Shown in pieces: positions 60,064 through 64,000 of a stretch of DNA of 64,000 nucleotides. The DNA lies in NCBI GenBank assembly GCA_030390025.1, contig JASTWF010000069.1, positions 310,001 to 374,000 on the forward strand, read 5' to 3'. This DNA is from Squalus acanthias. Taxonomy: Eukaryota. Both the position numbers and the translations under genes were made by a program. Under the pieces are notes generated by a model. It did no database searches. It saw nothing but the letters and a program-made list of their open reading frames with translations, and had not been told where the DNA came from. The stretch's first letter is position 1. Every line of letters starts with the position of its first letter.

Positions 60064-63000
60064 ACTGGGAGTGTTAGCCTGGATTTTGTGCTCAAGTTCT
60101 CTGGAGTGGGACTTGAACCCACAACCTTCTGACTCAGAGGCGAGAGTGCTACCCACTGAGCCACGGCTGATGCCTCAATTTGAGAGTTCTCTGGACATTG
60201 TGAACAGGATCCCCACAAGTCATCTTCAGGAGGAGAATGTGCAGCAAATTAAGATGCAGAAACTCTTCACCATGAAGTACTCTCTCTCTCCACCTCGTCA
60301 AACACAGCGAGCTAACCCGTCCTCTGTTCAAAAGAAACTGCTTGAAAATGAATGGATGGATAAGTTTAATTTCCGGAAAGGGTCGTTAACTAAACTTCTT
60401 TTACTGGATTTGTTTTAAAGCCCCCGCTCTTTCGGAGGATATCAATTTATTGCATCATATGTATTTATAGGGGAGTTTAAAAAGCTCACAGGGTTTTCTG
60501 AGGGCGGTTTTATCACAATCTGAGGGCTTTCTATTGTAATTCATAGATTCATAGAAATTTACAGCACAGAAGGAGGCCATTCGACTCACCGTGTCTGTGC
60601 CGGCCGAATGAGCTATCCAGTCTAATCCCACTTTCCAGCTCTTGGTCCATGGCCCTGTAGGTTACGGCACTTCAAGTGCATATCCAAGTACTTTTTAAAT
60701 GTGATGAGGGTTTCTGCCTCTACCACCCTTTCAGGCAGTGAGTTCCAGACCCCCACCACCCTCTGGGTGAAAAAAGATCTCAACTCCCCTCTAATCCTTC
60801 GACCAATTACTTTAAATCACTGCCCCCTGGTTATTGACCTCTCTGCTAGGGGAAATAGGTCCTTCCCATCCACTCTATCTAAGCCCCTCATCATTTTATA
60901 CACCTCAATTAGGCTCCCCTCAGCCTCCTCCGTTCCAAAGAAAACAATCCCAGCCTATCCAATCTTTCTAAGGATAAGGGGCAAGCCATTTAGGACTGAG
61001 ATGAGGAGGAATTTCTTCACCCAGAGAGTGGTGAACCTGTGGAATTCTCTACCACAGAAGGCAGTTGAGGCCAATTCATTAAATATGTTCAAGAAGAAGT
61101 TAGATATATTTCTTATGGCTAAAGGGATCAAGGGATGTGAAAGCAGGGACAGGGTACTGAATTTGGATGATCAGCCATGATCTCATTAAATGGCGGAGCA
61201 GGCTCGAGGGGCCGAATGGCCTACTCCTGCTCTTATCTTCTATGTTTCTATGTTTCCTCATAGCTGAAATTCCCCAGCCCAGGCAACATCCTTATCTTGC
61301 GTAGCAACCTTTTATGTGGCACTTTATCGAATGCCTTTTGGAAATCCAAATATACTATGTCCATTGGTTCCCCTTTATCTACCCTGCTAGTTACCTCCTC
61401 AAAAAACTCGAATAAATTTGTCAAACACGATTTCCCTTTCATAAAACCATGTTGACTCTGCCTAATCATATTATGATTTTTTAAGTGCCCTGTTACCACT
61501 TCCTTAATAATGGATTCCAGCATTTTCCCGACGACTGATATCAGGCTAACTGGTCTGTAGTTCCCGGTTTCATCCCTCCCTCCTTTCTTGAATAGCGGGG
61601 TTACATTTGCTCCCTTCCAATCCCCTGGGACCGTTCTAGAATCTAGGGAATTTTGGAAGATCACACCCAATGCATCCACTATCTCTGCACCACCTCCTTT
61701 ACAACCCTAGAAGTGTAAACTGAAATTGTAGATGGGAAATTGGCCCATCACATCTCGCCACTAGAATTGCTTCAATACAAAGCTTTGACTGTAGCTGCAA
61801 ACATCAGGTCAAGTGGACATCAAAGTGTTTTATGTTGCTAATTATTCGCTAGTTCTGCTCTGTTTTAACCTGTATTTCCCACAAGGGGATGAATATATTG
61901 TAAATTGACTGATGATGTTGAATGTGAAAGAAAGACTCGCATTTCTCCAGCGCCTTTCACCACCTCAGGACGTCCCAAAGCGCTTCTCAGACAATGAAGT
62001 ACTTTTTTTGAAGTGTGGTCACTGATGTAATGTAGGAAACACGGCAGCCAATTTGCGCACAGCAAGCTCCCACGAACAGCAATGTGATAATGACCAGAGA
62101 GTCTGTTTTTTAGTGATGTTGATTGAGGGATAAATATTGGCCCCAGGACACCGGGGAGAACTCACCCCCTGCTCTTCTTTGAAATAGTGGCCGTGGGATC
62201 TTTTACATCCACCTGAGAGGGCAGACGGAGCCCTCGGTTTAACGTCTCATCTGAAAGACGGCTGATGTCTTGTGAGGATTAAAATGAATCCTGTCAGCGA
62301 TTGCAAGAGTCACTGATGATTCCCTCCCTGACACTGCTCCTGTCAATTGATTTTTTTTCGTGAAATGTCGAGTTTTTCCAATTGTTCAATCGTTACTTTT
62401 AATCGGCCGATATTTATTTTTCTGAAATCTTCTATCGTGGTGAAGGTGGAAATAATCCACATTGGAGGGTGCAGTGGGGACAGGAGCTTTCATTACTGGT
62501 TTTCTAACAAGTGAGGGCAAATTATAACACAGGTTAGGGTTAAAGCCATTGCTCACACCCTGTGTATTGGATTGGTGAAGAATTACTTGCACACTGTGTG
62601 GGTGTAAGATGGTGATGTTTCCTGAGAGCCGTGTCTGACACACTCGGAGGAATTTCTCTTCTCATTGAGATCCGTTTCTCAGACAACAAGAACAGGTTTT
62701 GTTTTAACTCTATCAGGGGCAAAGCTATGTGCTGACTTGAACTGCGAGCAGGAATTGTGGTGACATTTCCAAAATATTATCGAGAGGGATGTGTCAATAA
62801 AATTGGGTCAGTGAAACTGGCTCCTGTGTTTCCCGTGTGTCTTCTGTTGATAAACATTTCGATTGAACCAGAGTTTATATTTACAAGCGAGTGACTGTGT
62901 TAAAATCTGTTCATGAGACAGGGACTGATCTGATCTGCACTCTGCAACACTGAACATCTTGATTTTACAGACACATTTTATGCCGCTTTTGTGCAGATTG

Positions 63001-63420
63001 AATGGTCTATTTGCTTATTTCCCAATTCACAGATGTAGGTTTCACTCTCAAACACGTGTAGGTGTGAATTTCAGTGCAGAAGCGCACAGACCATAATAAT
63101 CAGTTAAATATTAATGTCCCTGTGTAATCCAGTTCTGCTCCTTTAGATTTTCACTTTATTCCCCGTCAGTTGTGTCTGGGAACCAAGAACAAAAGATAGC
63201 CCAAAATTTGCATTAAAATCTGAGTCATCCAGTTTCGGGATTTATCACCAGTGAGATTATCCGTCTGACCCTCTCCGTATTCCACATTTAAAATTAAATG
63301 TTCAGCCCTAAAACCGAGAGGCTTTTCCGCCTGTTCTGGGAGTGAATTGAACGAATGAAAAATGTTGAATTTAGCAACAATGTTTGATGGTAAATCATGA
63401 TTTAGCAATCAAGGGATAGG

Positions 63421-64000
63421 TTGTCTGAGAAACGGATCTCAATGAGAAGAGAAATTCCTCCGAGTGTGTCAGACACGGCTCTCAGGAAACATCACCATCT
63501 TACACCCACACAGTGTGCAAGTAATTCTTCACCAATCCAATACACAGGGTGTGAGCAATGGTTTTAACCCTAACCTGTGTTATAATTTGCCCTCACTTGT
63601 TAGAAAACCAGGAATGAAAGCTCCTGTCCCCACTGCACCCTCCAATGTGGATTATTTCCACCTTCACCACGATAGAAGTCTTCAGAAAAATAAATATCGG
63701 CCGATTAAAAATAACGATTGAACAATTGAAAAACTCGACATTTCACAAACAAATCGACTCACACGAGCAGCGTCAGGGAGGGAATCATCAGTGACTCTTG
63801 CAATCTCTAAAAGGATTCATTTTAATCCTCACAAACACATCACATTCAATATCATCAGTCAATTTACAATATATTCATCCCCTTGTGGGAAATACAGGTT
63901 TAAACAGACCAGAACAATCGAATAATTAGCAACACAAAACACTTCCACTTGATCTGATGTTTTCAGCTACAGTCAAAGCTTTGTCTTGAAGCAATTCTAG
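63421..64000 (-). repeat. Inverted copy of about 61762-62687 lacking the SINE
   Basis: ORF 63464-63721 + mirrors 62386-62643 -. Confidence 0.92.

Larger units (their letters stand above)
56502..63400 (+). repeat. Direct segmental duplicate of about 1-8360
   Basis: Near-identical from 56502 (= base 1) with the same element order; differs by insertions/deletions. Confidence 0.97.

Overview
Repeat-rich vertebrate genomic DNA, almost certainly from a cartilaginous fish (shark/ray-type CR1 and L2-like LINEs, tRNA-headed Deu-type SINEs with an internal 33-bp minisatellite, Penelope-like elements). Most long ORFs in the track are repeat artefacts. Reading splice sites by hand gives two convergent immune-type membrane-protein gene models. 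(A) A + strand gene (ATG 12109; exons 12109-12132, 14895-14955, 17793-18041, 19305-19370, 20819-20924, tail from 22192 or 22196): signal peptide, atypical Cys-rich Ig-like domain, stalk, TM, and a tail that has an ITIM-like LLYTLL with one of two tandem acceptors. (B) A - strand B7/butyrophilin-like gene with two IgV exons, a Pro-rich linker and a near-identical copy of the same TM exon that ends in a stop; its leader was not found. The shared TM/tail cassette occurs three times, because the locus is a large inverted duplication centred on a promoter-like palindrome at about 40235. Bases 1-8360 recur about 56.5 kb downstream. Also present: two Penelope-like RT/GIY-YIG elements, five hammerhead-ribozyme motifs, a solo LTR, Harbinger derivatives and several minisatellites. 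All gene models are predictions from sequence alone, and repeat boundaries are approximate.
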